The notes: generated from the sequence alone by a model not told the origin. A DNA stretch of 64,000 nt from Mobula hypostoma (GCF_963921235.1 NC_086097.1:134666001-134730000); one strand, 5' to 3'; counted from the stretch's first letter, positions 1 through 13,017 are shown. Numbers and translations: made by a program.

Positions 1-479
1 CAGCAAGAAGTATAGATTGAATCCTTGGAAAGGAGGCTGGTTTTTATGATGTACTGAAGCTATGTCATCGGCTCTCTGCAGCTCTTTTGACTGTAGAGCA
101 CCAATCAGAAAACAAATCAGAACATCTCAGCAGATTTCACTTAGCACTGCTGAGATATACAAAGGGAGATCACAGCCATATCTTATACTACTAGTTATGC
201 AAGTTTGCTATCTATAAATTGGGAACACTTCATGCATCGTCATAATAGCTATATTTCAAGAACAGCTATCAGACTGGCTGCAAATAATTAAAATGCATTT
301 GTTGCAATGGGTATTAGGTGTAAATATAGGAAAGTCTTTAATATTCTTTCAGTATAATGAGACCATATCCAGAATATTGTATACAATTATGGACTCCATA
401 TTTAATTAATGAATTAATTGTCCTGATCCACACACATAGACACCATACCCAAGTTAGTTCACCAATGCCTCTACTTCCT

Positions 480-1065
480 CACAAGGGTAAAGAAATCTGG
501 CACATCCTCATTGACCATTACTAATTTTTAATCGATGCACCATAGAAAGCACGCTATCCAGATGCATAATGTTTTAGTATGTCAACTGCTCTGCACATGA
601 TCTCAAGAAACTACAGAGTGCTGTGGACTCAGCTCAGCACATCAAGGAAACCAGCCTCCCCTCTATGGACTCTGTCTATACTTCATGCTGCATCAGTAAA
701 CCAGCCAGCATAAAGACCCCACCCATACTGAACATACTCTCTTCTCCCCTCTTCCATTGGGCAGAAGATTTTTTAAAAAAAGCCCTGAAACTAGGTTCAT
801 GGACATCACCTACCCCACTGTTATAAGACTATTAAAGAGTTCCCTGGTTCAATAAAGTAGACTCTAGGCTTTACAATCTACCTCATTGTGAGTTTGCACC
901 TTACTGTTTACCTGCACTGTACTTTCTTTGTAACTGCTACACTTCATTCTATATTTTTTTTAAACCTTGTTCTACCTGTGTAATGATTTGATCTGTATAA
1001 AGCATACATTACCAGCTTTTTCACTGTGTCGTGGTACATGTGACAATAATAAACCAATTCCATTT
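480..1065 (+). mobile_element. Rex1/Babar-like LINE 3' fragment
   Basis: Degenerate NF-RCTIES...KKLQ...ASIKTP C-terminus; tail gacaataataaaccaattcc. Confidence 0.75.
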
Positions 1066-1284
1066 CTAATTACTTGCACTGAAGGTAGTGCAGAAAAGAA
1101 AAGAAGCACTGGGTTGATTCCAGAGGTAAAAGGTTCCATGCACGATAAAAAGTTTAAGCACCACAGTCCAAAGTTCTTTTTTTTTAGAATGTGGCAACAC
1201 AAGTAGATGGGGAGTAACGTAGGCATATGGCATGCGTGTCTTCGTAGCCTGCAGCACAGAAAATAAGAGTTGGGAAGTCATGTT

Positions 1285-1903
1285 TTAACTTTTATGCGTG
1301 GTGGAGAGCATACTAACTGGTTGCATTACAGCCTGATATGGAAACACTAATGCTCTTGAAAGGAGAAGTCTACAAAAAGTAATCCATACAGCCCAGTCTA
1401 TCATGGGTAAAGCCCTCACCACCATTGAGAACATCAACAAGGAGCACTGTTGCAGGAAAGCAACTTCCATCAACAAGGACCCACACCCACCATCCAGGCC
1501 AAGATCTCTTATCACTGCTATCAGGAAGGAGGTACAGGGGCCTCAGGTCCCACACCACCAGGTTACAGAACAGTTATTACCCCTCAACCATCAGGCTCGT
1601 GAACCAGAGGTGATAACTTCATTCACCCCAACACTGAACTGATTTCACAACCTATGGCACTCAATTTCAAGGACTCTACACTCTCATGTTCTTCATATTT
1701 ATTGCTTTATTTTTCTCTTTTTTATTTGCACAGTTTGTGTCTTTGCACACTGGTTGTTTGTCTGTGTTTGTTGTGTACACTTTTTCATTGATTCTATTGC
1801 TTTCTTTGTATTTACTGTGAATGATCAAAAGAAAATTAATCTCAGGGTTGTATAGGTGACGTACTGTATATGTACTTTGATAATAAATTTACTTTGAACT
1901 TTG
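1285..1903 (+). mobile_element. Rex1/Babar-like LINE 3' fragment
   Basis: ORFs CCRKATSINKDPH and LSLLSGRRYRGLRSHTTRLQNSYYPSTIRL; tail gataataaatttactttgaactttg. Confidence 0.85.
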
Positions 1904-1914
1904 GAACACAAATC

Positions 1915-2245
1915 CGCATTTGACTACTATGTGTAGTTCTGGTCCCCAGACGACAGGAAGAATGTAGTTGTGCAGAGGAGATTCACCAGGTCATTGCCTG
2001 GATTGGAGGATTCAGGTATAGGGACAGAATTGATATGATGGTAGTTTTTCTTGGCGTGGCTGAGGGGTGACCAAATAGAAGCATGTAAAATTATTAAGAG
2101 ATAGAGATAGGGTAGACAGAATTATTTTCCCCAGGATGGGGAAATAACAAGAGGACACAGATTTAAGGTGAGAGGAGGGGGTATTAAATGGGATTGGAAG
2201 GGATTTTTCTTTTTATTTTGCACAGAGAAAGTTGATATCTGGAAT
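1915..2245 (+). mobile_element. CR1 LINE 3' fragment, degenerate
   Basis: tatgtgtagttctggtcccca...gtgcagaggagattcaccagg...agaggacacagatttaaggtgagagg (YCVQFWSP / QRRFTR / RGH motifs). Confidence 0.75.
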
Positions 2246-2388
2246 ATACTTGTGCATATGACAATAAACTCAATTTTGTAACTAATCTCACAATCTTCAG
2301 GCTCTCGTACCTTCTCGCTGATGGTAGTGACATGAAGAGGGGCCTTAGTGATGGATGCTACAGCTTAAGGCAGCTGCCCTTGAAGATA

Positions 2389-2602
2389 AACAACAGGAAT
2401 TCTGCAGATGCTGGAAATTCAAGCAACACACATCAAAGTTGCTGGTGAACGCAGCAGGCCAGGCAGCATCTGTAGGAAGAGGTGCAGTCGACGTTTCAGG
2501 CCAAGTCCTGACGAAGGGTCTTGGCCTGAAATGTCGACTGCACCTCTTCCTACAGATGCTGCCTGGCCTGCTGCGTTCACCAGCAACTTTGATGTGTGTT
2601 GC
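2389..2602. mobile_element. Penelope-derived hairpin (inverted terminal repeat) insertion with 14-bp TSD, nested in a minus-strand Rex/Babar fragment (about 2295-2820)
   Basis: Arms 2423-2505 and 2520-2602 are reverse complements at 82/83 nt. tgcccttgaagata is repeated at 2375-2388 and 2600-2613. The arm matches the ends of GIY-YIG elements elsewhere in the window. Confidence 0.85.
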
Positions 2603-3097
2603 CCTTGAAGATATCCTTGATAGTGGTGTGTGTTGTGCTCATGATGGAACTGGCTGAGTCTTTGGTTACATACAGAATCTCTCCAAACCCCAAATGAAAT
2701 AGAACCACTGGAACGCTTCCTTCATGATTATATCAATGAGTTAGGCCCATGATAGATTCTCCAAGTTGTTAAGACCAGAAACTTGAAGCTGCTCACCCTT
2801 TCCACTGGTGACCTATCAATCTCTTCCTTAATTATCATAGAATGATTGCCGCACAGAAGGAGGCACTCAGCCCATCGTATCTGCTCCGGAACAACTCAAT
2901 ATCATTAGCAACTCCATGCGTTCCAGGGTAGGGAATTCCAATGACTTAGAACACTGGAGGAAAGTAATTCCCCCTTATTTCTATCTTGAATGGCCAGTGC
3001 TGTACTAAGGAAAACATCAATCCCTTAAAAATCCTACATTTTAATAAGATCACCTATCATTCTTCACACCTGCATTGATACAAGACCAGCCTACTTA

Positions 3098-3620
3098 CAG
3101 AATCGCAAGAGTTGTGCAGCACAGAATCTGGCCTTTTGCCCCACCACATTCAGGCAAACCTTTTCACCAGTTTACACTATCCCCAATTGCCTGTATTAGG
3201 TCCTATCCTTCAACGCCTTGCCTATTCAAAGGACTGTCCAATAGTCTCTTAAACATAGTAATTACATTTACTTCGATCACCTCCTAAGGCAGCATGTCCC
3301 AGATGTCAACCACTGTGCAAAATAAAAAAAGAAATCCCCACAATCCCCTTTAAAACTCCTTCCTCTCACCTCACCTGTGCCTCTTGTTTTTGATAGCCCA
3401 TCCTGTGGAAAGTAATTCTGTACACCCTATCTATATCTCTTATACTTTTACATGCTAGGTCACCCCTCAGCCCTTCCACTCCAACAAAAACAAACTCATC
3501 ATATCAATTCTCTCCCCGCATCTAAAATCCAGGCAATGATCTGGTGAATCTCCTCTGCACTCCTTCTGGCATATTGTATTCTTCCCATTGTGTGAAGTCT
3601 AGAACTACACGTAGTAGTCA
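3098..3620 (-). mobile_element. CR1 LINE 3' fragment
   Basis: aatccaggcaatgatctggtgaatctcctctgcac (reverse of QRRFTR..PG) plus CR1-type 3' UTR. Confidence 0.75.
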
Positions 3621-4632
3621 AATGGGGATTTGTGTTCCGAAGTACAAAGTAAATTTATTATCAAAGTACTGTACATATATGTCACCATGTACATGTATGC
3701 ATAGGAGCAATGAAAAACTTACTTCCAGCGGCATCACAAGCACAGAGCATAGTATGAGCAGTATTCAGAAGTGAAACACAAAACATAAATTATACACAAA
3801 TAGGGTCCAGATACTTCCTTTTAATGTGATTTTCCTTGCAGTTGTTGCTTTATTTATGTTTGCATACTTCTGTATAATCACCTGTTTACTATTTTATTTG
3901 GAAACATAACAGGTACTTCCAGCCCAATAAGCCTGGACCACCCAGAGGAAGTCCCTTACAAATAGCAGCAGGAATTGAGCACCGGTTGTTGGCACTGTAA
4001 TAGCATTACACTAACCTCTATGCTATCTATAAATTTTTTGTAGCTTGGAGTGTATTTGATTCTCTACTTCCGTAGCTTATTTGCAAATGATGAAGTGTGA
4101 TTAAGACAGTATCTGCTCACCAGTTTAGTCCAGTTTGCAGTGTAGACAGTGTTATTTCTTGCTACTTGCCTTGCTTTCTGATCTGTACTACGATGAACAG
4201 CTGTTAACCAGAAGATTTGCACCTATTCCTGACTTCCAAAGAACCTTCTCGACAACATCTCCAGAATTAACAAGATCCACATTTAATGATTCCGAAGCAG
4301 CTTCTTTCCCTTCACCATCAGATATATAAATGACCATAAACACTACCTCATTGTTCCTTCTTTCTGACACTGTGTTTTTATTTTTTGTAATTTATAGTAA
4401 TCTTGTGTCTTTGCAAAACAACAAATTTCACATCAGTGATGAAGAATCTGATTCAAAACTATACGCAAGTCAAGAAGAGGTTGTTGTGACCAGGACACAG
4501 TCGGCTACAATCCTAATATATGGTGAAGTGAGTTTAAGGGGCTGACTGGCCTACTCCCTCCTTTTATTTTTTTTTCCACTCTCCACAGAATCTGCCTTAC
4601 ACATTCTCAGTATATCCAACCTCCTCTGTTTT

Positions 4633-5405
4633 AAGCACGAGTAAGTCTGTAGATGCTGGAAATCCAGAGCAACACACACAAAATGCTAGAGGAACTCAGC
4701 AGCATCTATAGAAAAGAATAAAAGAGAGGATACGTCAGAACGAGAATGAGAATCAGAATTTAAATGTTTGGCCACCCTTAACCTGCCAATTTGGTCCTCT
4801 ATTATGTCCAGTACTCCTGACGTGACCTCCTTTACACTGGTGAGACCAGTCATAAACTAGAGGACCGCTTTGTCGAGCTCCTCCACAGCATGCACTACAA
4901 GCGGGACTTCTCGGTGACCAAACATTTTAATTCCCATTCCCATTCTGATTTGTTGATCCATGGCCTCCTCTTCTGCCAAGATGACACCACTCTCAGGGTA
5001 GGAGCAACAGCTTATATTCCGTCTGTGTACCCCCCCAACATGACAGCAGGAATATCAATTACTCCTTCCAGTATTTCCTCCTCCTCCTTTATTAACCAAT
5101 CTGACCTTTTACTTCCTCCCCCCTGCTTATTACTTCCCCCTAGGTCTTCTCCCCTTTCCCATTCTCTTATGGTCCACTCTCCTCTCCTATCAGATTCCTT
5201 CTTCTCTAGCCCTCAATCTTTCCCACCCTCCTATCTTCACCTGTCACCTTCCAGTTCAACTCTATCCCCTCCCACCACTTCTTTATTCTGGCATCTTCCC
5301 CCTTCCTGCTCAGTCCTGAAAAGGGGTCTAGGCCTGAAACTCAACTGTTTATTCATTTCCATAGATGCGGCCTGACCTGCTGAGTTCCTCCAGCATTTTG
5401 TGTGT
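4633..5405 (+). mobile_element. Penelope-like element fragment with inverted 5' terminal repeat
   Basis: Degenerate GIY-YIG region (tacactggtgagacc...gaccgctttgtcgag, LY.GET...DRFVE), pyrimidine-rich 3' region; ends atgctagaggaactcagcag and ctgctgagttcctccagcattttg are inverted. Confidence 0.8.
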
Positions 5406-8400
5406 TTTCCCCTGTTTTAAGGTCAGATTCCCAACATCTGCTTGGTTTTGCTTCTGCAGCAAGACATTTTGCATTTCAATACATTTTTTCACACCTTTAC
5501 ACTTCCTATTTTCTTAATTTCAATAATTTTGCAATCAACTTTCTAATGCTCATTTCTGATTTTCCAAGGGAGTATGCAACTCTCCTCAGTAAACTGGGAA
5601 TAGAAACAATTAACCTCAACCTTCACAAAAGGGGAAATAGAAAGGCAATTTTTTAAAAACTAGTTGCTGATTTTGTCCCTTCGAAAATAACAATCTAATA
5701 TCAGCTGAACCCAGGATTCCTTTAAAAACTTAGTAACCGAAATTGATGGATTACTGTCAGTATTAAAGAATCACAGCAGGCGGGTGAAATTAACTTGTAG
5801 CTTGCCTACAACTTTACTAAATAGCAGAGCAAGCATGTTCAGCTAAGGGCCATCTTTGCCTCTATTTTTCTATATTGGAAAGAGCAATCACAGCCAGGGA
5901 GAATCGGAACAACTAGTAACATGCCGGCGAGTATCAAGGCATCCAGTCTGAAGTGTTATTATCACCAACCGGCTGAGCTGCAATATCATGCACGTCAGAC
6001 CTCACAACTGTATCATGTCTTGGCCTCCCAAGTTGTTCTGTACACAAGATGTTTTTTTTGAGCTCCCACTTATTTCAGCTCTACGCCGTCTTGCTGGAAA
6101 ACAATGCACGGTAATCTGGTACAAAAACTTTGATGGAAATGAATTATGCCCTTTGGGACTGCCCACTTCATGAAAACCTCTGTGCTGGAACAGTTCAGGA
6201 GAAGTAAGTGACTTAAACCATTGAAGATTTAAATAATGCGACGCATTTCATGCCCAGCCTGGTGCCAGATTCCAATGAAGTTGTTAATGCATGTAATGAT
6301 TAAGTGTAACTCAAATACTAACTGTGTTGTTGAAAACATGACAGGCAATAATTTGGTCTATTATATTCTAGCATTTAATTGCCTAGTTCAGACATTCTTT
6401 GACACATTATGAAGCAATGATTTACAATTATTCAAGCTGCAAAGGTCAGAAAGTGACATTATAATCATCTTCAAAGAGATCCCCTCACATCCTCAAAACA
6501 AGGTAATGCAACTAACAACAATTTTACTGGAGTTGTAACTGTTTACAGCTGTATTTTAACCACAGTGTAACACTTATAAGTAAGAGAGAGAAATACATAT
6601 TAACATGCTTGATTCATCTCAGGTATATTACCTGTATTTCAAAAAAGTACATTCATACCAATGCACAATACTATGAACAATTAAAACAATTCATAGTCGT
6701 TGAATATACCACAAATTTACAAATTCCACTTCAACAACATTTATTTTAGCAATTTCCTATAGGAACATAGTCACTGTAACAAAGTGTTTGTGCTGGATTG
6801 CTGCTTTTGAATGCAGAGCTAATGTTGCTGAAAGATCACTTCACCCTTTAAAATATAATCCTAAAAAAATATGGTAATGAAGGAATGCAGCATGAGCTGC
6901 TTATGTTGAGGAACTAATGGGTCCATCGAGTATTCTCTAAATTATTTAGTCATTGGTGATAATGAATTGACATTGTCATAGTATTAATGTAAAATGTTGC
7001 ATCATTTTAACCATCGAGCTGATGCCATTACTTAATTTACATATTCACTTAATTAATGCTAAACCTCAACAATGCTGAAGGGGTCACTTCTTTGAGCATT
7101 ATAATATGTCCTACTCTTTTTGCCTCTCTTGGAGACTGACCAGGTAATCGATGTTTTCCATCAGTTTGACCTAAACATCACAAGTATTAACCTTTACAGG
7201 TCAGAACTTGTAGACTGGAATCCGCTGTCAGGATTTATCAATGTATATTTCACATTTCCCCCAGCAGTATTTAACAATGCTACTAGCTGAGGCCACCAGC
7301 CTAAAATAATATTCAGCTTTCTATAGACTCCAATTCTATAGTCTATGTATGTTAAACAATATTTGTCACAATTTAAAAAAAAACTTCAAAACAAAGTTAC
7401 GGTAAATAACCACTTGAGACTTTGGTATCACAATATTGGTACAAAATTTGTCTATTAGAAAATACAATAAAACTTTCTTTAATTACTTTTTTAAACTTAT
7501 TTTTCCTTCTATATTATCACCTATTGCATTGTACTGCTGCAGCTAAGATAACAAATTTCATGACACATGCCCATAATAATAAATCTGATTCCGATTCGAA
7601 AAACATTTACATAAAAAGAGCTATGAATAAGAATAGCCAGCTCAATCTTAAAAAAAAGAACCTGAGAACACAGCCTTCCCCCCCCGCACCCCCAGCAATC
7701 TATCTTTTCCAATTGCTATGAAGGTACTATTGTCAGCACCTGATTTGAACAAGGTTAATTATTCCTTCAGAGCAGCCTTTCTTTAAAAAAAAAGAGAAAA
7801 AGGCAATTTATTACAAATAAATGAAGTCACCTTCCTACAGGTGCTCCTAAATCAAAACAAACATTTTCTTCCTTTAACCCAGTGTACAGAAATTAGCATA
7901 CTTCTAATTACTCCAGTTCCTAGCTGGTATTTTTCAACATCTACCAAACACAAGTTTCATTCCACAAGCTGTTCAATAAGCTGCTAAGAATCTTCACACT
8001 GGTCATGGTTTCCACATCAGGCATCACAAAAGTCCTGGATAGTTTTTATCCATTCATCGACATCACTAAAATTGATTATCAGGTCATCTATGACATTGCT
8101 ATCTGTGGATTCTACTGCGCACAAGCTGTTTCCTGCTTTTCATCCACTGCAACAGAGTCTGCATATAATAACTACTACACTGGAATTTAGTATTCACATC
8201 CTGCAGTTGTGGTGGAGATGGGTTCTACTGTGGCCTTCAAGAGTGAATTAGATCAACATATGATGAGGACCAAATTGTAACTTGTGAATCGCTCTAAAGT
8301 GCCATGGTGGGCAAAATGGCCCCCTTCTATGCAGTAACCATTCTGTGATCCAACGGCTGTATAAAACATTTTGTGAAATGCTGGCATTGTGAAAGTTACT

Positions 8401-10007
8401 ACAGAACTGAAAGCCTTTCTTTCCAAGACAAAATGGTTAGAAATGATTAGAATACCAATTTTCCTTTAAAATTTGTGAACAGGCGTCACTGCACACTTCA
8501 GATCAGTTGAGAATGATCCAGTTTTAAACACACTCTGGACAATTTAATGGGGAGGAAGTGATGTGAGATGCAAGAAGTGTTAATTAATTAAAATATTTTT
8601 TTTCAATTTAACATCTTGCTATTATTTTAAAATGAAAACCATGTCACTAATGCACAAGTTTGATAATTAAAATATGATATTAGCAGCAAATCTTCACCAA
8701 GTACAAGTGGTTTGGTTGTTACATCACTGAACAATTATGTTAAGTCTTAAGCCATCCAAATCAATTCACTACTTAATCAAGGCATAATTAATTGCACTGG
8801 TCACATTAACAATAGTCACTCAAACCCAAATTCTCATATCATCCACCACCCGAATTCCTGGATTGGTGCATGACGCAAATATGATCCTTCCCCCGCCCAA
8901 TTATTTTTCAAAAATGCTTTCCTAATGAACCAGATAACCAATGATTAAACAAGCATTCTTTTCTTTATGACTGCATAACAAAACTGCTGAACTTTTATGC
9001 CAAAATTTTTAAAAAGTTCAATTCTGGAATGTTGTAAAACAAAAGTTTAAAGCCTGGGAAGTTGAAAAAAGTGGTACATTGTATTCTTTTTGATGTATAC
9101 TATATTATGCAAAGTCATAGTTAAAACTGAATTTCAACTAATCGTCTTTATATATAATCCACTTATCTCTCATAAGTTCAATAGGTATGGGCATTCAGTC
9201 CATTAAACTGTATACCATAAAGTTTCAGATACTTTTTATTAAGCATCACTATAAATATTTAACAAAACATTTCTAAAGCTGCAGCCTTGTTTTGTATTCA
9301 AATGCAGCATAAAAACAAGGAGGGCTCAGATTTCACATGTTAAGAAGATTTTCTCAATACACGTATCCCAACAGTTCAGCAAGATACCAGACAAGCAATG
9401 GGATGAAAATATCGATTCTGTATTGATTACTAATTGTTAAGAATGTCTGAAGGTCCTGGATGGTAGCCATTAGCATGAAGCCAGACAATCAAACTGCATG
9501 TACGTGCTTTTATTAAGTTTGCTTTTCATAAAGGGAACCCTAAACCTGTAATCCTCTGAATGACTTACAGATGTGACATTAACACAAAAATGTGCTTGTT
9601 GAACATACTCACCATTCATTATTCTATTTGCAGCAGGCAATAAACAGACTCCAAACATGGTTTATAAATAAATCATCTACTTTTATAAGATTCTTTTAGT
9701 TGAATTTATCTTGGGAATTTTAATACACTATTTCCATCCCTCCAATTCAGTCATTGTTTAGTTGGCTGAAAGTAGCTAGATCCACAGAATGTGAAAAAGT
9801 TGAAGCCTAATTATTCATCTCTTACTAAAACGAAAACTTCATCAAACATGTATTAATTTACTTAATGAGCACTATTTATGTTATACTCATTTACCCATTT
9901 ACACAAAGCTGACTATAAAATCCTTTTATGTAATCAGTATTCAGTGACTTCCACTGCCCATGTTGTCAAACAGCCTTTCTTAGATGGACCATTTCTCTAG
10001 TTCAGAA

Positions 10008-10918
10008 TTTATTTATTATTTATTTATTATATTTTTGATTTCAAATGTTTTTATTGTGAAGCAACATCAGCTTAACCACAACCAACAATATCCTAAAGTA
10101 CAATGCTTCTTTTTTCTTTTCTTTCTTATAACAACATAATGAAAGTCAAATGAATGTATGCATAGTAAACAAGCAAAAAGCAAAGGAAACCCCACCACCT
10201 TGTCTCCTTTCCGCTCCCCTCCCCTCACCCCTCCTGTATGTGCTGTTTAGGTCCTACCACCCCCCACACTTAGTTCAGCTGTCGGTCTCTTCTAAATACA
10301 ACAATAATGGTTGCCAGATTTTTTCAAATTCCTTGAGTCTGTCCTTGATAACGTATCTTATCCTCTCTAGATGCAGAGTATCCATTAATGCAGCCAGCCA
10401 TTGTCTGAGTGATGGAGTTTCCTCCTTTTTCCAGAACATCAGTATGAGTTTCTTTCCATTAAGTATGCCATAGGTCAGGAGTTGTTGGAATTTATTTGAC
10501 CTCGCAGAAGTTCCAAAAATTATTAAAATGGGGTCTGGTATTATCTGAACCTTTAGTACCTTCGATAGGACCTCAAATATTTGCTTCCAATACTCTTGTA
10601 TCCTGGTACACAAAGCATAACTATGTAACAAATTTGCCTCTGAGGACTTGCATTTCTCACACATTGAGGACATCTCTGGGAATATTTTATGAATCCTTAC
10701 TTTTGAGTAATGTAATCTATGTAAGATTTTAAATTGTATTAACAATGCCTGGCATTGATGTAACAGGAGTTAACATACTCCAAAGCCTCATTCCATATAA
10801 CCCCCTCTATCTCTGTACCTAACTCCTTTTCCCACTCTCACTCTTTTTTAATATTATCCATTGTTGTATGACACTTGCTTTGTGTGGCATCATACAGATA
10901 GGCGATGATGTGTTCTGT
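10008..10918 (-). mobile_element. 5'-truncated L1-clade LINE (ORF2 C-terminal zinc-knuckle region) with 12-bp TSD
   Basis: ORF 10275..10745 LIQFKILHRLHYS...CEKC...HSYALC...EKIWQP; AATAAA and an A-rich tail on minus; tctagttcagaa at 9996-10007 and 10919-10930. Confidence 0.9.
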
Positions 10919-11147
10919 TCTAGTTCAGAAATTTGCCCAATTTTGTCACTGTGTACTACTGGTAGATCTCCAATCCTACTATTTTACTTTAACAATGTAA
11001 GGATTGCAGTCGTATATGCTTTATAACCCAGTTAATTCAATCACCGTCTGAAAGGAAACTAATATATTGAAAATGGACATGTTCAATGTAAAAATTAAAA
11101 TTTCCAGCTGCTGTGTTTTTGCATACAAAAAATGTAATAAAAGAGTC

Positions 11148-11515
11148 CACGGCAGACCACACAGTAGCATGGCAGTTAGCGTGATGCTATTACAGCTTGG
11201 GACTGTCTGGAGTTCAATTACAGTATCATGTGTAAAGAGTCTGTATGCCCCCACCCCATGGGATATGTGGGTTTTCCATGGGTGCTCCAGTATCATGTGT
11301 AAAGAGTCTGTGTGCCCACCCCATGGAGTGTGTGGGTTTTCCATGGACTGTGTGGGTTTTCCCCGGGTGCTCCAGTTTCCTCTCACAGTCCGAGGATGAA
11401 TCGGTAGGTTAATTGGTCATTGTAAGCTGCCCTGGGGGGTTTGTTTGGGTAACTGGGGCAGCATGGCTCAAAGGGGCAGAAGGACCTACTCACGCTGTAT
11501 CGCTAAATAAAATAG
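11148..11515 (+). mobile_element. tRNA-derived SINE (V-SINE-like core) with internal duplication
   Basis: tRNA-like head (tagcatggcagttagcg...ggagttcaatt), core gtgggttttccccgggtgctccagtttcctc...ggttaattggtcattgtaa, tail ctaaataaaata. Confidence 0.8.
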
Positions 11516-11653
11516 GCATTTGTTAAAACAAATAAATATTGTAAGCCAGATGCAGACAACGGCGGTGAAGTGTTTTCTGTACTTTGGATTTCTGTTCACT
11601 CCTCTGGAAAACAGTCCTTCTGTTGAACACACAAACATTGCTGGGCTACTTAC

Positions 11654-11768
11654 CCACATATGTGGCACTTGTATTCTCGAACCCCAAGGTGCCGTTTGAC
11701 ATGATTACGAGCATCTCCCAACTGTGCTGTTGCAAAGTTACAGAGTGTACATCGGAAAGGCTTTGATC
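11654..11768 (-). CDS. ZNF407: ZNF407 next coding exon (115 bp): (G)SKPFRCTLCNFATAQLGDARNHVKRHLGVREYKCHIC(G)
   Basis: Manual translation. Acceptor ccatag|GA and donor GG|gtaagt; phase 1 completes G|GA = Gly and gives the linker HTGSKPF with the giant exon. Confidence 0.95.
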
Positions 11769-11929
11769 CTATGGTTTAAGGAGAAAATAAAATGCACAGT
11801 TAGGTAAAATAACAACAAAGCAAATTATGTAATCATAGATAATTAGTACACATCCCCTGAATACTGGAACACTTTATTTGGAGTAGATAAATTGGATAAG
11901 ATTTATGTGTCTTTTATCTTAATATACTT

Positions 11930-12250
11930 CCCGGCATGGAAGTGTAACAAAGCCCAAAGCTTTACAGCTCCAGCTGCAAGATCAGGGTTTGATTCCTATC
12001 ACTATCTGTTAAAAGTTTGTATGTTCTTGCAGTGGCCATGTGGGTTTCCTCCACATGCTCCAGTTTCTTGCCACATCCCAAAAGATGATCAGGCTAGGGT
12101 TAGTGAGTTGTGGCCATGCTATGTTGGTGTTGGAAGGGTGGTGACACTTGCAGTCGACCCAGCACAATCCTCACAAGTTTGATTTGACACAAATGACACA
12201 TTTCACTGTATTTTTCAATGTACACGTGACAAATAAAGCTAATTCTTTTT
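11930..12250 (+). mobile_element. tRNA-derived SINE (V-SINE-like core)
   Basis: B-box-like gggtttgattcc, core gtgggtttcctccacatgctccagtttc, tail gtgacaaataaagctaat. Confidence 0.75.
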
Positions 12251-12377
12251 TTCCTTTCCTATTCACCTTTCCATAACTGAAAAATGCAGAAAGTAGCACA
12301 GGACATTTAGAAGAAAACTGATACAGAAAAATAAAACAATTTCACCTGTTCAAAACTAAAGGACAAGGTTGCTGAGA

Positions 12378-13017
12378 GACACGAGATTATGTAGATGCTG
12401 GTAACCTAGAACAACACAAACCGCTGGAGAGGAGATGCAGCACTTCACCAGCAAATCTGTTAGGGTCATTTATTGTATCCAATGTTCCTGTTGTGGCCTC
12501 CTCTGCATCGGTGAGACCCAACGCTGATGGTTCCTTCTCTCCATCCACTACAACAGCCAGAATCTCTCGATGGCCACCCACTTCAATTCCACTTCCCATT
12601 CCCATACCAACATATCTGTCCATGGCCTCCTCTACTGCCTAGATGAAGCCATGCAGGTTGGAAGAGCAACACCTCATATTCCGTCTGGGTAGTCTCCAAC
12701 CTAATGGAATGAGCAACTCCCTCTGGATCCCCACTTCCTTCCCTTTATTCAGAGGTCTACTGTCTTCTTCTTCAGCCCTTTATTCCTTCCACTTATTACC
12801 TCTGAGCTTCTCCAATCCATTTCCTTTCATATCCCTTCCCCTACTTTACCCCTCACCTGAATTCAAGAATCACCTGCCAGACTGTGCTCCTCTATCTCCC
12901 CCACCTTTTTATTCTGGCTCAGGCTCCAGTCCTGATGAAGGATCTTGGCCCAAAACATTGACTGATTATTTCACTCCATAGATATTGCCTGACCTGCTGA
13001 GTTCCTCCAGCATTTTC
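12378..13017 (+). mobile_element. Penelope-like element fragment with inverted 5' end
   Basis: GIY-YIG remnant (ctctgcatcggtgagaccc) and RLEEQHLIFRLGSLQPNGM; terminal repeat ...gctgagttcctccagcatttt. Confidence 0.85.

Noticed and set aside
4890..5375. 161-aa Ser/Pro/Leu-rich ORF as a novel protein (similar ORFs at 12643, 38729 and 49242)
   Set aside because: It is a translation of the pyrimidine-rich 3' region of Penelope-like elements.
9490..9550. Possible further ZNF407 exon (minus-strand RVPFMKSKLNKST after a cag acceptor)
   Set aside because: The next exon must complete a C2H2 finger (F..L..H...H); this peptide has no histidines.
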